DNA from: Geosiphon pyriformis uo1
Lineage: Eukaryota; Fungi; Glomeromycota
DNA length: 64,000 bases
NCBI GenBank assembly: GCA_016748015.1
Contig: JAAOMT010000777.1
Span: forward strand, 128,347 to 192,346
Direction of reading: 5' to 3'
Positions 51,901 through 64,000 of the stretch are shown here, piece after piece; positions within the stretch are counted from its first letter, which is position 1, and every line of letters starts with the position of its first letter. The translations under genes and the position numbers were made by a program. The notes under the pieces were generated by a model. That model was given only the letters and a program-made list of their open reading frames with translations, had not been told where the DNA came from and searched no databases.

Positions 51901-54699
51901 TTCATTGTCTCTGATATATGTGCCCATAGTGGATAGCTTCTTTCCACAATCAATACATATTAGTCTTGGAGGTTGGTAAAATAGATTTCTTTGGTCTAAA
52001 GTTATGTATTCTATTGATAATAATTAGAGCTCTTTTTCAGCTCTGCCTTTTTTTTTTCTTCTCAGGTTGGTGGTGGGGGTAGTTCAGTTCAATAATCATT
52101 TACCCATGAAACCTGATAGGTCTCAATGGTTGGTGACAGTGGTATGTCTTTGAATTCAATAAGAAGTTCCTCAATATGTTGGGTTTTAAAGTGTCCGCAT
52201 GTAGCTGGAACTTGGACATGCTGTCCATTGAATGTGAATTAAAGTTTTTGGGTGTTCCAGTCAAAAGTAGCATTGGCTTTTGACAACCAATTGTTTTCTA
52301 CTAGAGCTTGATATTGAGTAGCTTTCATGATAAGTACTTTGGTAGGGATCTGAATTCCATTAATCTCGAAGGGGAAGTTGTCAATTTTTCCTATTGAGAT
52401 TTTTGTGTTTCCATCTGCTGTGATGATCTGGGCAGTAGTAGCACAGTCTACTCAGTGACCTAGTTGGTCTATGAGCTGCTTTGTGATTATGCTACCAGCT
52501 GATCTGTTATCCAGAATTAATTTAATGTCCTATTCTTTCAACTCTGGCATTGGTGTATAAGGCTGTTATTGGTTTATCCTGATTGATGGCTGCTCTACTA
52601 AAAAGGCTATGAGTATTCAAATTATTGATGTCAAAAGGAAATATGGTGGCTAGGGTGGTGTCTTTGGTAATAGTGGCTGGTGGGATATTGTTTTTTGTTT
52701 GCTTGGAAGATTGGGAGATTTGTTCTATATTTTCCCTTTCCACAGGTGTAGATTTGTCAAAACTCTGGTCTTCCATAAGACTAAGATAAGAAGCTTGATT
52801 CGAGTATCCAGTTGGTGTTGGTCAAAATTGGGCAGAACCATGAGGAATTGGTTGAGATGGTTCATTGTTGGTTTGCACCTAATTGTTGTTGGAATTTCTC
52901 CATCCCTGATTATAGTCTATGGCTTGAGATTTGGATGGGCTGTAAGGGGAAGTTTGATAGTAAGGAATTGTTTGTGTCATTGGTGGTGATTGATAATAAT
53001 TCTGGGGTGATGGTTGAATGTACAGAACTTGTTGTGTATATTGGGGTGGTTAATTCTGAGGTATGGAATATTGGGGTACTATGCTTTGCTGATATCTGAA
53101 TTGCTGGTATTGGTTCTCCTGATTTTGGTCCATTATCTTTTTTCTGCAGTCACAGGCAATGTGTTCAGATTTCTGGCAGTAGTAACAGTTGTAGAGATCA
53201 GATCTCCAAGGTTGTTGTTGTTGCTGATGGTTTTGTTGCTATGGATATCTGCTGTTGTTGTTATTTTCTCTCTGTTGTAGTGGTTAATAAGTTTCTGTGC
53301 TTCCGACTAAGAATTCCTCAATTTTCTGAGTTAATTTTTTACTTAATTGGGTTATCTTTGTGTCAATGTCAGAGGTTCCATTAATGACTAAATTAACAGT
53401 TTAAGTATGGTTTGCTTCTTGCTTGGCTGACTCAAAATCACGAACGAGAATGACTGCTTCTTATAGGTTTGCCAGATGGCGAGATCATACGGATCTTAGA
53501 AGACTGCTCCTTAGTCCTTTTACAAATTGATTGAGGACTTGCACAGTGGTATAATAATTCTGCTCAATGGCTAGGATTTGTTGAAAAATCTGATTGAATC
53601 TTCTGAGATAAATAATTACTACTTCATTGTTTTGTTTTATTATACTGAATTGATTTTGCAATCGGATAAGTGTATTAGGGTCACAGAAGTATTGTAGAAA
53701 TGCGAATTTAAACTCTGTAAAGGAGATAGGCTTCTTTGCAAGGCTTTGATACCACAAATTGGTGGTTCCGGTCAGAAAGAACAGCAGTGCCTGAATTGTA
53801 TGGTTGTTATTCTAACTGTTAGCAGTAATTGCTTTCTCAGTGTCATCTTCTTCACCAGAGAATTTTTCCAATTTAGCAATATCCCAGTAAGCCATGATCC
53901 AGTTAATGGGTGGGGTGTTACTGATTATGTTTAAGGGGATTGGTGTCTACATATTCGAGTGTTTTCTGAGTGCTAATGCTGGTTGTTTCCCTTTGTTGCT
54001 TGAACCAATAGGTTGTAGAATAGTTGTTCCTTCCATCAGAAAAGATGCTGATTCTATTGGGTTTTGTGCTGGTGGCTGTTCCCAAATTGACATGTTTCCT
54101 TCTGGTTGACTGGCTGCTGGAGTAAGATTTCCAAACAGCGATCCATATTCTTCTAGTAATTTGTTCCAACTTTGTTAATTCCAAGGGTGTGAGTTTTCAG
54201 GAGTTTGTGGTGTTTCTAACTGGGTTTCTGGGGGTGGGTTGAATACAATTCTACTTTGGGGTGTCTGATGGTATAATGGAGTTGTTGGGGAAAGGATCCT
54301 TAGTTTCTTGTTGACTGTGAATTTGTCTTGGGCAGTTGTGGGATTATTGGATCCATACTCATATTCCTCTGGATCAGATTCTACTGGTTGTTGTACTTGA
54401 GGGAATCATTTTGTCATGTAGTGTTTAATGTCCATATTGACTATGCATAAGGTTTTAGCAATTACTCAAGTAGTAGTAGTTGTTAAGTACCTTAGTAAGC
54501 TTTGATGAATTTGTTCTTCAAGTTTTCCTGTGTCTATTGCATGGCCTAGCAAGCAGTTGATTTTTGCATTAATATAGTTGCAAAAGTCACTTTCTGCAAT
54601 GGTGGTTTCTGCTGATATTCCTAGATCTTTTTGAAAGTACTGAAATAGTGCTTTTCTGTATGAGGAGTGGTCCTTTTCTATTGTTTCAATAGTCACCAC
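48933..54699 (-). pseudogene. ORF1 of D (gag-PR-Cys-rich-dUTPase-RT-RNase H)
   Basis: Intact YLDD at 49725-49736; TDAS, DAGFDL and RSSL motifs; GTG start at 54699. Confidence 0.92.
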
Positions 54700-54741
54700 T
54701 TTTGTGTATTTCTGGGGTGCTCTGTCTCTGTGGATTTATAA

Positions 54742-54758
54742 CCTTACAGAAAGCACCA
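54742..54758 (-). promoter_or_regulatory. Primer binding site of D
   Basis: CCTTACAGAAAGCACCA on +, adjacent to the LTR. Confidence 0.85.
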
Positions 54759-54760
54759 AA

Positions 54761-55157
54761 TGTTACAGGTAAACTTGGTGGGTATAAGAAATGGTAATGT
54801 TTGGTGCTCTCAATTATTGATGATATGTCTTCCACATAATTTTGTTGGCTTAGTCTTAATTATCAATTTTTGAAGATCTATTCCTGAATGTGAATTTACC
54901 CATTGAGTTCTTTTGTTATATGGTACAGAGTTTGTTTTTCATTGATTGCAATGTTTTCCATAAATGTGAGCTTTCTTTTCTGAGCTAACAAGTGCAGTCA
55001 TTAGGGTCTGGTATTGTCTTTTTGCCCTTCTGGTAAGTTAACAAGATAATGTTAATATCCAAAACTTAGGAAGAGCTTTTCTCTTTTACCAGGCTATCAC
55101 AAAGTCTATTCTCAGACAGTCAATTTTACTATGTTGCTGCTCCACAAAAAAAATAAG

Positions 55158-55209
<52 letters not shown>

Positions 55210-55835
55210 TAAATTAGTATCATCAATTGCCATAATCAAGAGCAATTGGTTCAAATCATTGATTGTTTGAGATGGTTATGCTAAGAGCATCTGTCCTAAA
55301 ACGAAGATACGAGACAAAGGTTAATTCACGTAAATTCCACGAAGTTTGGGAACATAAATTTGTGACTCTAATTTCTTTAATAATTGGTTTATTTCAGAAG
55401 ATAAAATAGGGAGGATAATAAATAATGAAGAAGTATGGATATTTGATTCTTGTCTAAAAGTTCATATCTATTTGTCTGTCTGCCTTTTCCAACTTCTACA
55501 ACTACTTGCTTTTATACATTCTTTTGGTTTTACAGGATTGCTTTCAATTGTCTTGCTATTACTAGCTATTGCTTTGTTATTTCTGTTATTGCTTTGTTTT
55601 TCTATGTTATCGCTAGTTATTCTATGTTATAACATGTTATCTGACATTATTACATGTTATTTTGTGTTATCCTGCATTATAATACGTTATCCTATGTTAT
55701 TGCATGCTATTCTGTGTTATCTTGCATTATAACATATTATCCTATATTATAATACATTATCCAACATTATTGCACTATTTTGTGTTATGTCATGTTTCTT
55801 CATAACTTTGAATCAGTTTTTCTATTCGGGTAACA
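54761..55835 (-). repeat. 5' LTR of D
   Basis: TGTTACAGG...GGGTAACA; reverse complement of the LTRs of C. Confidence 0.93.
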
Positions 55836-58800
55836 TCAGTAGTAGTGATGTGTCTTTGAATTCAATAAGGGGTTTCTTAGTATGTTGGGTTTTAAAATGT
55901 CTGTATATAGCTGGAACTCAGGCATGCTGTTTGTTGAATATGAGTTAAAGTTCTTGGGTGTTCTAGTCAAGAGTAGCATTGGCTTTTGACAACCAATCAT
56001 TTCCTACCAGAGCTTGATATTGAGTAACTTCCATGACAAATACTTTGGTAGAGATCTGGATTCCGTTAATTTCGAAGAGGAAATTGTTAATTTCTCCTAT
56101 TGGGATTTTTGTGTTTCCATCCGCTGTAATAATCTGGGTGGTAGCAGTATAGTCTACTTGGTGACCTAGTTGGTCCATGAGCTGCTTTGTGATTATGCCA
56201 CTGGCTGATTTGCTATTCAGGATTAATTTAATGTTTATTTCTCCAACTTTGGCACTGGTGTATAGGGCCATTATTGGTTTATACTAATTGATGGCTGCTC
56301 CATTAAAAAGACTGTGGGTGTTCAAATTATTGATGTTAAAAGAAAATATGGTGGCTAGGGTGGTGTCCTCGGTAATAATGGCTGGTAAGATATTACTTTT
56401 TACTTGCATGGAAGGTTGAGAGATTTGTTCTACATCTTTCTCTTCCCCAGGTGTAGATTTATCAAAACTCTGGTCTTCTATGAGACCAAAATAGGAAGCT
56501 TGATTTGGGTATCCAGTTGGTGCTGGTCAAGATTGGGCAGGATCACAAGAGATTGGTCGAGATAGTCCATCGTTGGTTTGCATTTGATTGTTGTTGGAAT
56601 TACTCCATCTTTGATTATAGTCTATAGCTCGAGGTCTGGGCTGGCTGTAGGAGGAAGTTTGATAGTGAGGGATGGCTTGTGTCATTGGCGGTGATTGATA
56701 ATAATTCTAGGACAGTGATTGAGTATATGGGACTTGTTGTGCATACTAGGACAGTTGATTTTGAGGTATGAAATATTGGAACACTATGTTTTGCTAATAT
56801 CTTGGTTGCTGGTATTAATTTCCTTGATTTTGGTCCATTATCTTCTTTCTGCAGTCCCGAGCAATGTGTTCAGGTTTTTGGCAGTAGTAACAGTTGTGGA
56901 ACTCAAATTTCTAAGATTGTTGCTGTTGCTAACAGTTCTGTTGCTGTGGATATCTGCTGTTGTTGTTATTTTCTCTCTGTTGTGGTGGTTGGTAAGTTCT
57001 TGGAGTTTCAGCTAAAAATCTCTCAATTTTTTGAGTTAATTTTTTACTTAATTGGGTTATCTTTGTGTTGATGTCAGAGGTTCCATTGATGGCTAAGTTA
57101 ATGGCTTGAGTATAGTTCACTTCTTGTTCAGCTGACTCAAAATTACGAGCGAGAGTGACTGCTTCTTGTAGGTTTGTTGGATAGTAAGATCATATGGATC
57201 TTAGGAGACTGCTTCTTAGTCCTTTAATGAATTGATTAAGGACTTGTGCAGTAGTATAATAATTCTGCTTGATGGCTAGGATTTGTCAAAAAAACTGATT
57301 GAATTTTCCAAAATACATAGTTACTGCTTCATGGTCATTTTGTTTTATTATGCTAAATTGATTTTACAACTGGATAAGTGTATTAAAATCACAGAAGTAT
57401 TACAGAAATGCAAGTTTAAACTTTGTAAAGGAGGTAGGCTTCTCTGCAAGGCTCTGATACCATGAATTAGCAGTTCTGGTCAAAAAGAATAGCAGTGCCT
57501 AAATTGTGTAGTTATCGTCCCAACTATTAGCAGTAATTGCTTTCTTGGCATCTGCAATCTAAGAATATGTGTTATCTTCTTTACCAAAGAATTTCTCCAA
57601 TTTAGTGTTATCTCAGTAAGCCATGATCTGGTTAATGGATGGGGTGTTATTGGTTATGTTTAAGGAGATTGGTGTCCATGTATTTGAGTGTTCTTCAGGT
57701 GCTAATACTGGTTGTTTCCCTTTGTTACTAGAACCAATAAGTTGTAAAATAGCTGTTCCTTTTATTAGGGGAGATGCTGATTCTGTTGGGTCTTGTGCTG
57801 GTGGCTGTTTCCAGACTGATGTGTTTTCTTCTGTTTGACTGGCTGCTGGGGTAAGATTTCCAAACAGTGATCCATATTCTCCTAATGATTTGTTCTAATT
57901 TTGTTGGTCTCAAGGGTGTGGATTTCCAAGAGTTTGTGGTGTTTCAGACTGGATTTCCAGGAATGGATTGAATACAATTCTACTTTGAAGTGTTTGATTA
58001 TATGATGGAGTTGTTAAGGAGAGAATCCTTGGTTTTTTGTTGACTGTGGACTTGTTTTGGGCAGTTGTGGGATTATTGGATCTATACTTGTATTCCTTCA
58101 GATTGGATTTTACTGGTTGTTGCACTTGAGAAAATTATTTTGTTATATAGTGTTTAATGTCTGTATCAACTATGTGTAGAGTTTTAGTAATTGCTCAAGT
58201 AGTGGTAGTTGTTGAGTACCTTAGTAAGCTTTGATGGATTTGTTCTCCAAGTCTTCTTGTGTCAGTTGTGCGGCCTAACAAGCAGTTGATTTTTGTGTTA
58301 ATATAGTTGCAAAAATCACTTTCTGTGATGGTGGTTTCTGCTGGTATTCCTAGATCTTTTCAAAAGTATTGAAATAGTGCTCTTCTATATAAGGAGTGGT
58401 CTTTTTCTATTGTTCCAATAGTTGTCACTTTTGTGTATCTCTGAAGTGCTTTGTCTCTGTGGATTTATAACCTCACAGAGAGCAGCAAATGTTATGGGTA
58501 AACTTGGTAGAGTATAGTAGTAATGTTTGGTGCTTTATTTTTGGGTCTATCAAGGTTGTCTGTTTTTTCTGCAGTATCAGTATTATCAGTCTCTTGAAGG
58601 TCTATTCCTGAATGTGAATTTACCCATTGAGTTTTTTGGTTATAAGGTACAGAGTTTGTCTTTCGTCAAATACAATGTTTTCTACAAATGTGAGCTTTCT
58701 TTTCTGCACTAATGAGTGCAGTTGTTAGGGTCTGGCATTGTTTTTTCACTCTTTTGGTAAGCTACCAATATAATGTTAATATTTAAAACTTAGAAGGAGC

Positions 58801-59384
58801 TTTTCTCTTTTACCAGGCTATCACGAAATCTATTCCAAAACAGTTAATTTTCCTATGTTGTCATTTCACAAAAAACAAAGAAAAAAAAAGAAAAAAAAAG
58901 AAAAGAATTAGTTCCTGTCAATTACCATGATCAAGAGTAATTGGTCCAAATTGTTAAGGGTTCAAGGCATTTATGCTAATGGCATCTGTTCCAGAACAAG
59001 GTAAGAACTATTGATTTTAATTTCAATTAAAATCCATAAGATTGGAAAATATGAATTGGCAAATTGGAATTTTTCATTTTGATAATTTATTGTATTTCAG
59101 ACTTATGGATATGTGATAAGTATAATACAAAGTAAAATTTATTGCTAACTGACTGTCTTTTCAATTTTTACAACTACTTGCTTTTATACATTCTTTTGGT
59201 TTTACAGGATTGCTTTCAATTGCTTTACTATTGCTAGTTATTGCTCATTATTGCTAGCTATTGCTCGTGTTTGCTAGCTATTGCTCATGTTTGCTCTGTG
59301 TTACCTCGAGTTGTACTGCATTTTTTTGTCATGTTTTTTTGTCACATTTTTTCATAGCTTTTTGGTTTTTCTACTTGGGTAACA
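55836..59384 (-). mobile_element. Ty3/Gypsy copy E (family II), 5' part only: LTR, PBS, gag, protease
   Basis: ORF 55963..56271 is the protease (ALVGNDWL). Gag fragments present, PBS at 58471-58487, LTR at 58490-59384. Cut just after PR by the LTR of D. Confidence 0.9.
58490..59384 (-). repeat. 5' LTR of E (variant U3)
   Basis: TGTTATGGG...GGGTAACA termini; U3 array of TTGCT(A/C)-type units at ~59220-59296. Confidence 0.88.
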
Positions 59385-61088
59385 ATGTCTTTGAATTATG
59401 TTAAGAATAGAATATTTTTTAATATTATAAAACAAATTAGTTTAGATGAGTTGTTTTTAATTATAAAAGATTTATTTAATAACAAAGCTGCTAATCTATC
59501 AGGCATTTTAAATGAGTTGTGGAAACAAAATAGTTTTGAAGTTATAGTTTGTTTCTTAATTCTGTTAAATTGTTGTTTAGATATTGGCATAATTTCTACT
59601 TTATAGAAAAAAGCTTGGGTTTCTATAATTCTGAAGCTCTATAATTGAAACAAAGTATTAATTAACATTATATTAATAATGATAATTAAGACAACCAGAA
59701 AAATTTTGTCAAAGATACTTTTAGACTGGATCTTCTTTATATGTAACTTATTTGGCACTTTTTATGAAAATAATTTCTTAGTGTTAAAAAGTATGTCAAC
59801 TCAATCTTCAGTATTTGCAATTGGCTCAGTTGTAAAGAATGCTTTAGAAAAAAATAGTGAGTTGTGATTGGTTTTGTAAGACATATATAAGACATATGAT
59901 TTAGTCAGCTGGCATTATTTAAGAAACAGCTTGAAACACATTAAAATATGTGAATAATTTATCAGTTTTTTTGGCAGTATATATTAAAACAAAATTAACA
60001 AAGTTATAACTGAATTTGGTTTGTTAGATAATTATCATGTACATAATAAACTGGAATAAAGTAAGGTTTTTTTATTTCTTCTTTAAAGAATTTTTTACAA
60101 TTTTTTTTTGTATAAAATTAAAAGACATGAACATTTATATAGTTACTGTATTGACACAAAATTTGTTATCAAAACAAACAAATTAGAGAACACAAGTAAT
60201 AAACTTTTTTTCTTATAGCTAGTGTCTTTGTTAATAACATAATTTGGATAAAAAATGGTCAAACTTCAATTCAATATATTTTGAATATTGCTAGTGAATT
60301 TTTTTGATATTAACAATATTTTGATCAATAATAACAAAACAGTGGCCATTTTCATTAACCAGAAAGTTAAAAATGTATTTTTAACTATTAATAAGAGTCT
60401 TATATTGATTGTAAAAAAAGATGAATTACATTATTATTTGGGAATTTATCTTTTTACTAATAGTTTATTTAAGCTTAGTTTGGCAAAAACTTATTCAAAT
60501 ATTAGGTTTTTCACAAACATAGTATTGTAAAAAATGATCTTGAATAAACAATTCTGTTATTTTGTCTTTGTTGTATTACAACCTATTATATATTATTGCA
60601 TATAATTTAGTTTTATTTTAGTTAATATTTGTTACAAATAAATTTTTTTAATTAGGAAGAGCCTAAAAGTAAAAGCTAAATTGTCTAGAAATTTCTTTAA
60701 TAACATTTTGTATTATCTATTTCTGTACAATTTAAAGTCTTTTAAACAGTTGCAAGCTAAAAATAAAGTGGTTTTAACAGTTAATTTTGCTAATTTTAAG
60801 GGTATTCTTAACAGACTCTTTGATCATTGGTTTTTAGATTTGCAGACTTTAAGTTAAGTTCTGGCTAATTCTTTGTAGTATTCTATTAAGTTAAGAATTA
60901 GTTTCATGAATAATTTTTTTGTCAAAATAATACAAGTGTTTTTAGATAATGAGATCTCTTTGTCAAACAACTTATCACAAGTTTTTTGCAGTCTAGAAAA
61001 GTTTCTAATATCTAATATTTTGGATAAAAAGACTTACTACAAAACTGTAGTTTTTTTGAGATATTATGATGTTGTTTTTGATAACAGA
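59385..61088 (+). mobile_element. Internal LINE ORF2 fragment (RT region) bounded by two LTR insertions
   Basis: Collinear with 1845-3548: NNKAANLSGILNELWK, RKILSKIL, FAIGSVVKNALEK and VFVNNII (from FVDD). Confidence 0.88.
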
Positions 61089-62071
61089 TGTTATTTATAG
61101 AAAAATACAAGAAAGAAAAGTAGGAAAAACAGATAGAAAAATAGACCAATAAAAAAATAGTACTTAGCAATATTATTCATAGAAATTAGAAGTATTATAG
61201 TTAAAAAAATAGCCAATCAGAAGTAAGCATAATAACAGAGAAATTCTAAGATTCTTTTGAAGAAATTGCAGGATCCCAGAATTCCAGAATTGCAGAATTT
61301 CTCTAAAAAATTGCAGAATTCCAGAAATCTTGTATAACACCAACTATATATATATAGTAGTAGTATTAAAAGTGAGAAAAGATAGAATTCAATTAAAGTT
61401 TAGCATTCTTTTCTTTATTTAAAATAATTTTTACTTTACAAATAGTTACTATCAACTAAAGTAAATTTATTAAAATATTTAATAAAATATACTTATTATT
61501 ATCCAATTTATGTTATTATTGTTTAATTGAAAATCTCTATTATTTATCTATTATTAACACTCTATGTTAATAACATCCAATATTTAACTATACTGGAATA
61601 ATAACTCTTGATTATGACTATTAACAAAATACTAATTTTTTTTTTTCATTTTTCATTTTTTTTCATTTTATTTTTTTTGTTTTGTTTGTTTATTGTTTAT
61701 TAATTAATTAAAAAAATTAATATACAGAGTATTAATATTAGAAAAAACTAGTAAAAAATCCAAAAATAAGAATAGACATTTAGAATTGAGAATAGCTTAC
61801 CAAGAGATACTGGCCATCAAACTAAGAAAAAAATTGATAGAAAAATTTTTTAGAAGACTACAAATACCAAAACATACCAACTCAAGGGTTGGGAAAGAAA
61901 ATAAGAATATCACAAAAGGATATCACTATTGAATTTCTGTTTATTATTCAAAAAACTCAACCAAAACCTTCAGATACAAAAACCTTTTAGATATTATCAA
62001 TTAACAAGCTATTAAGAATCAAGTTATGAATTTGTTATTTATTCCAACCACCCAAATAATTACTTGTAACA
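61089..62071 (+). repeat. 5' LTR of G
   Basis: Shares AGCCAATCAGAAGTAAGC, the GAATTCCAG array, the TATA box and AACCAAAACCTTCAGAT with the LTRs of A. Confidence 0.85.
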
Positions 62072-64000
62072 TTTGGTGCTTTTTGTAAGATATAATTCAG
62101 CAGAGAATTAACACTAACAACAATTATTTGGAAAAGTAGCAAACTAAGAAAATATAGAAAAAAACCATTTAAGATTTGTAAAATCTTTATTTTAACAATT
62201 TCTACAGTAAACTATTTCAAGGCACCACACTTTTATAAAATTACCTGTTTTTATTAATAATTACAGAAATAAACAAAAAAATTGGAAATTACATCCAACA
62301 AAGATTTTCTATTATCTTTGTAGACAAAAAAAATTATAAACACTAACAGAAACCTCAAGAAAAATACAACTACTGATTTGAAAGAAACCAAGAATTATTT
62401 TACCTATTTATCTGTCATATTATTATATACTAAGAAGTACTATTCACATACCATTAGAATTTATATTACTATTAATCACAAAAACAATATTATCCAAAGT
62501 ACTATTCCAAAATAATTAGGAGAAAGCCAGATTATTAAGAACCTATAGTGATTTCTTTGAAGAATTTAGATTATAACCAACAATATTATTAGAACTTTGA
62601 TTATTGTTACCTTAACCAAATTTTAAATCTACTAGTTATTAAAAAGATACTAATTCAGAAGAAAAAGAAAATAGTGATCAAAAAAATAATAACCAAAACC
62701 CAATACTAAATAATTTAGAAATACAAACTCCAATTGTTCAAACTTTACAAAATCTGAACAATCCAAATTTTGCTCTTATTATTTAGTAAGATTTATTTTT
62801 AGTAATAGTGATCAAACTACCAGTTATACCAATTGTCTTATCATAACAACAGCTTTTATAACAACTATCACAACAATAACAATTAGCACCAATAGCATAT
62901 GTATTTATTGCCAAACTCGAAAAATTCACTGGTGAAAAAAACAACATTTAAACATAATTAAATGATATTACTAAGGCAATTACAACCAATAATTGAAACA
63001 ACACCAAAGTTTTTCAAGCTATTTCTTATTTCTTACAGAATACTGCTGACTTGTAATATTAAAATTTTATTAACAAGCCATAAATCTTTGACATATTTAA
63101 AACCATATTTATATAATACTTCAGTAATCACAACAGCATTAATAAGTTATTAACTAATTTTATCACATTTAAACAAGATGAAACTGAAGCAGTCACTACT
63201 TATTTGGAATGCTTCTATAGAAATTTGCACTAAATACAAACAATATAAGCTGATTACTTTACTAAGACACAAATCTTGAACCAGTTTATTTATGGACTAT
63301 ACAGTAATTTGTTACAATATATACATTCAATACATCCAAATACATTTCAAGATATAGTTACACACACCAGAAATTTTGAATCAGCTAAATTTAAAGCCAA
63401 TTACACCTAAACTGTCAACTTAATAATAAACAAATTATCTAAATTAGATACCAAATTGAAACAATTTGGCAAAATTATCAATTAGAAAATTGAGAGATAC
63501 TTAGCTAACAATTAGACAATTTTTCAATTTTTACAATATTGTGATAATACAAAAAACTTTAATCATTTCCAAAATCAATTATGTCTATTATCCTCATTAA
63601 CCAACCAATTATAATAGCAAGAAATGCATATTTGTCATTATTATGATAAACAAAGACACCTAAAATTAGACTATTATACAAGATTAAATAATTAATAATT
63701 AGAACATCAATATCAAAACTCCAATCACCAGTTTTAAACTCCAAATTATACCCAGAATCAAGAATTATATTAATCTTATTACATTCCAATAATACAACAA
63801 CTAATATACTTACCTTTAATATATTAAACTTTAGTACCAATTATCTATCAGCTGCAGTCACAAACCATCTATTAACTACAGTCACAAATTATCTATTAAC
63901 CATCACCAATTCAAGTACTACCACAAAATTTAAGTTAAATATCAACTAGCAACTAAAAGCTGAAAATTATTTACACACAACAAAATTGGAGATTGGTAAT
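61089..64000 (+). mobile_element. Ty3/Gypsy copy G (family I-like), heavily eroded: 5' LTR, PBS, gag; runs off the window
   Basis: LTR 61089-62071 (TGTTAT...TGTAACA) and PBS TGGTGCT.. at 62074. IAKLEKFTGE and ETEAVTTYL are collinear with gag of A. Confidence 0.88.

Noticed and set aside
52699-53280. Hydrophobic ORFs antisense to gag (also 23290, 28560, 39269, 56719)
   Set aside because: They are shadow frames of Q/N/P-rich gag codons, and their starts and stops vary between copies.

Overview
Very AT-rich eukaryotic DNA with no intact host gene, RNA gene or CRISPR array that I can support. The repeats are reminiscent of Glomeromycota fungi such as Geosiphon, but that is recollection and is not verified. 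The window is a nest of dead retroelements. There are three fragments of an RNase-H-bearing LINE (1-5192 +, 7033-8225 -, 59385-61088 +) and seven Ty3/Gypsy LTR retrotransposon copies from two diverged families. Family I comprises F 11984-16007 -, A 25963-36183 + and G 61089-end +. Family II comprises B 16008-25962 -, D 36184-55835 - (interrupted by C), C 36719-47154 + and E 55836-59384 -. A and C are full length with 4-bp TSDs. All copies are eroded by C>T/G>A transitions. Comparing copies shows an unusual architecture shared by both families. ORF1 is a single frame with an apparent GUG start and encodes an N-terminal domain, capsid, CCHC knuckle, protease, a Cys-rich CxxC block, dUTPase, a dUTPase-like domain, RT and RNase H, then stops. 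Integrase is a separate ORF2 with its own ATG and no chromodomain. A conserved non-env ORF3 has its own TATA-like box and ends at the PPT. All LTRs carry a conserved hairpin whose loop is palindromic. Six of seven insertion sites are centred on CpG or its deamination products. The LTR shared by B and D is a chimera that switches parent at a poly(A) tract, so it is either an ectopic-recombination deletion or a misassembly.
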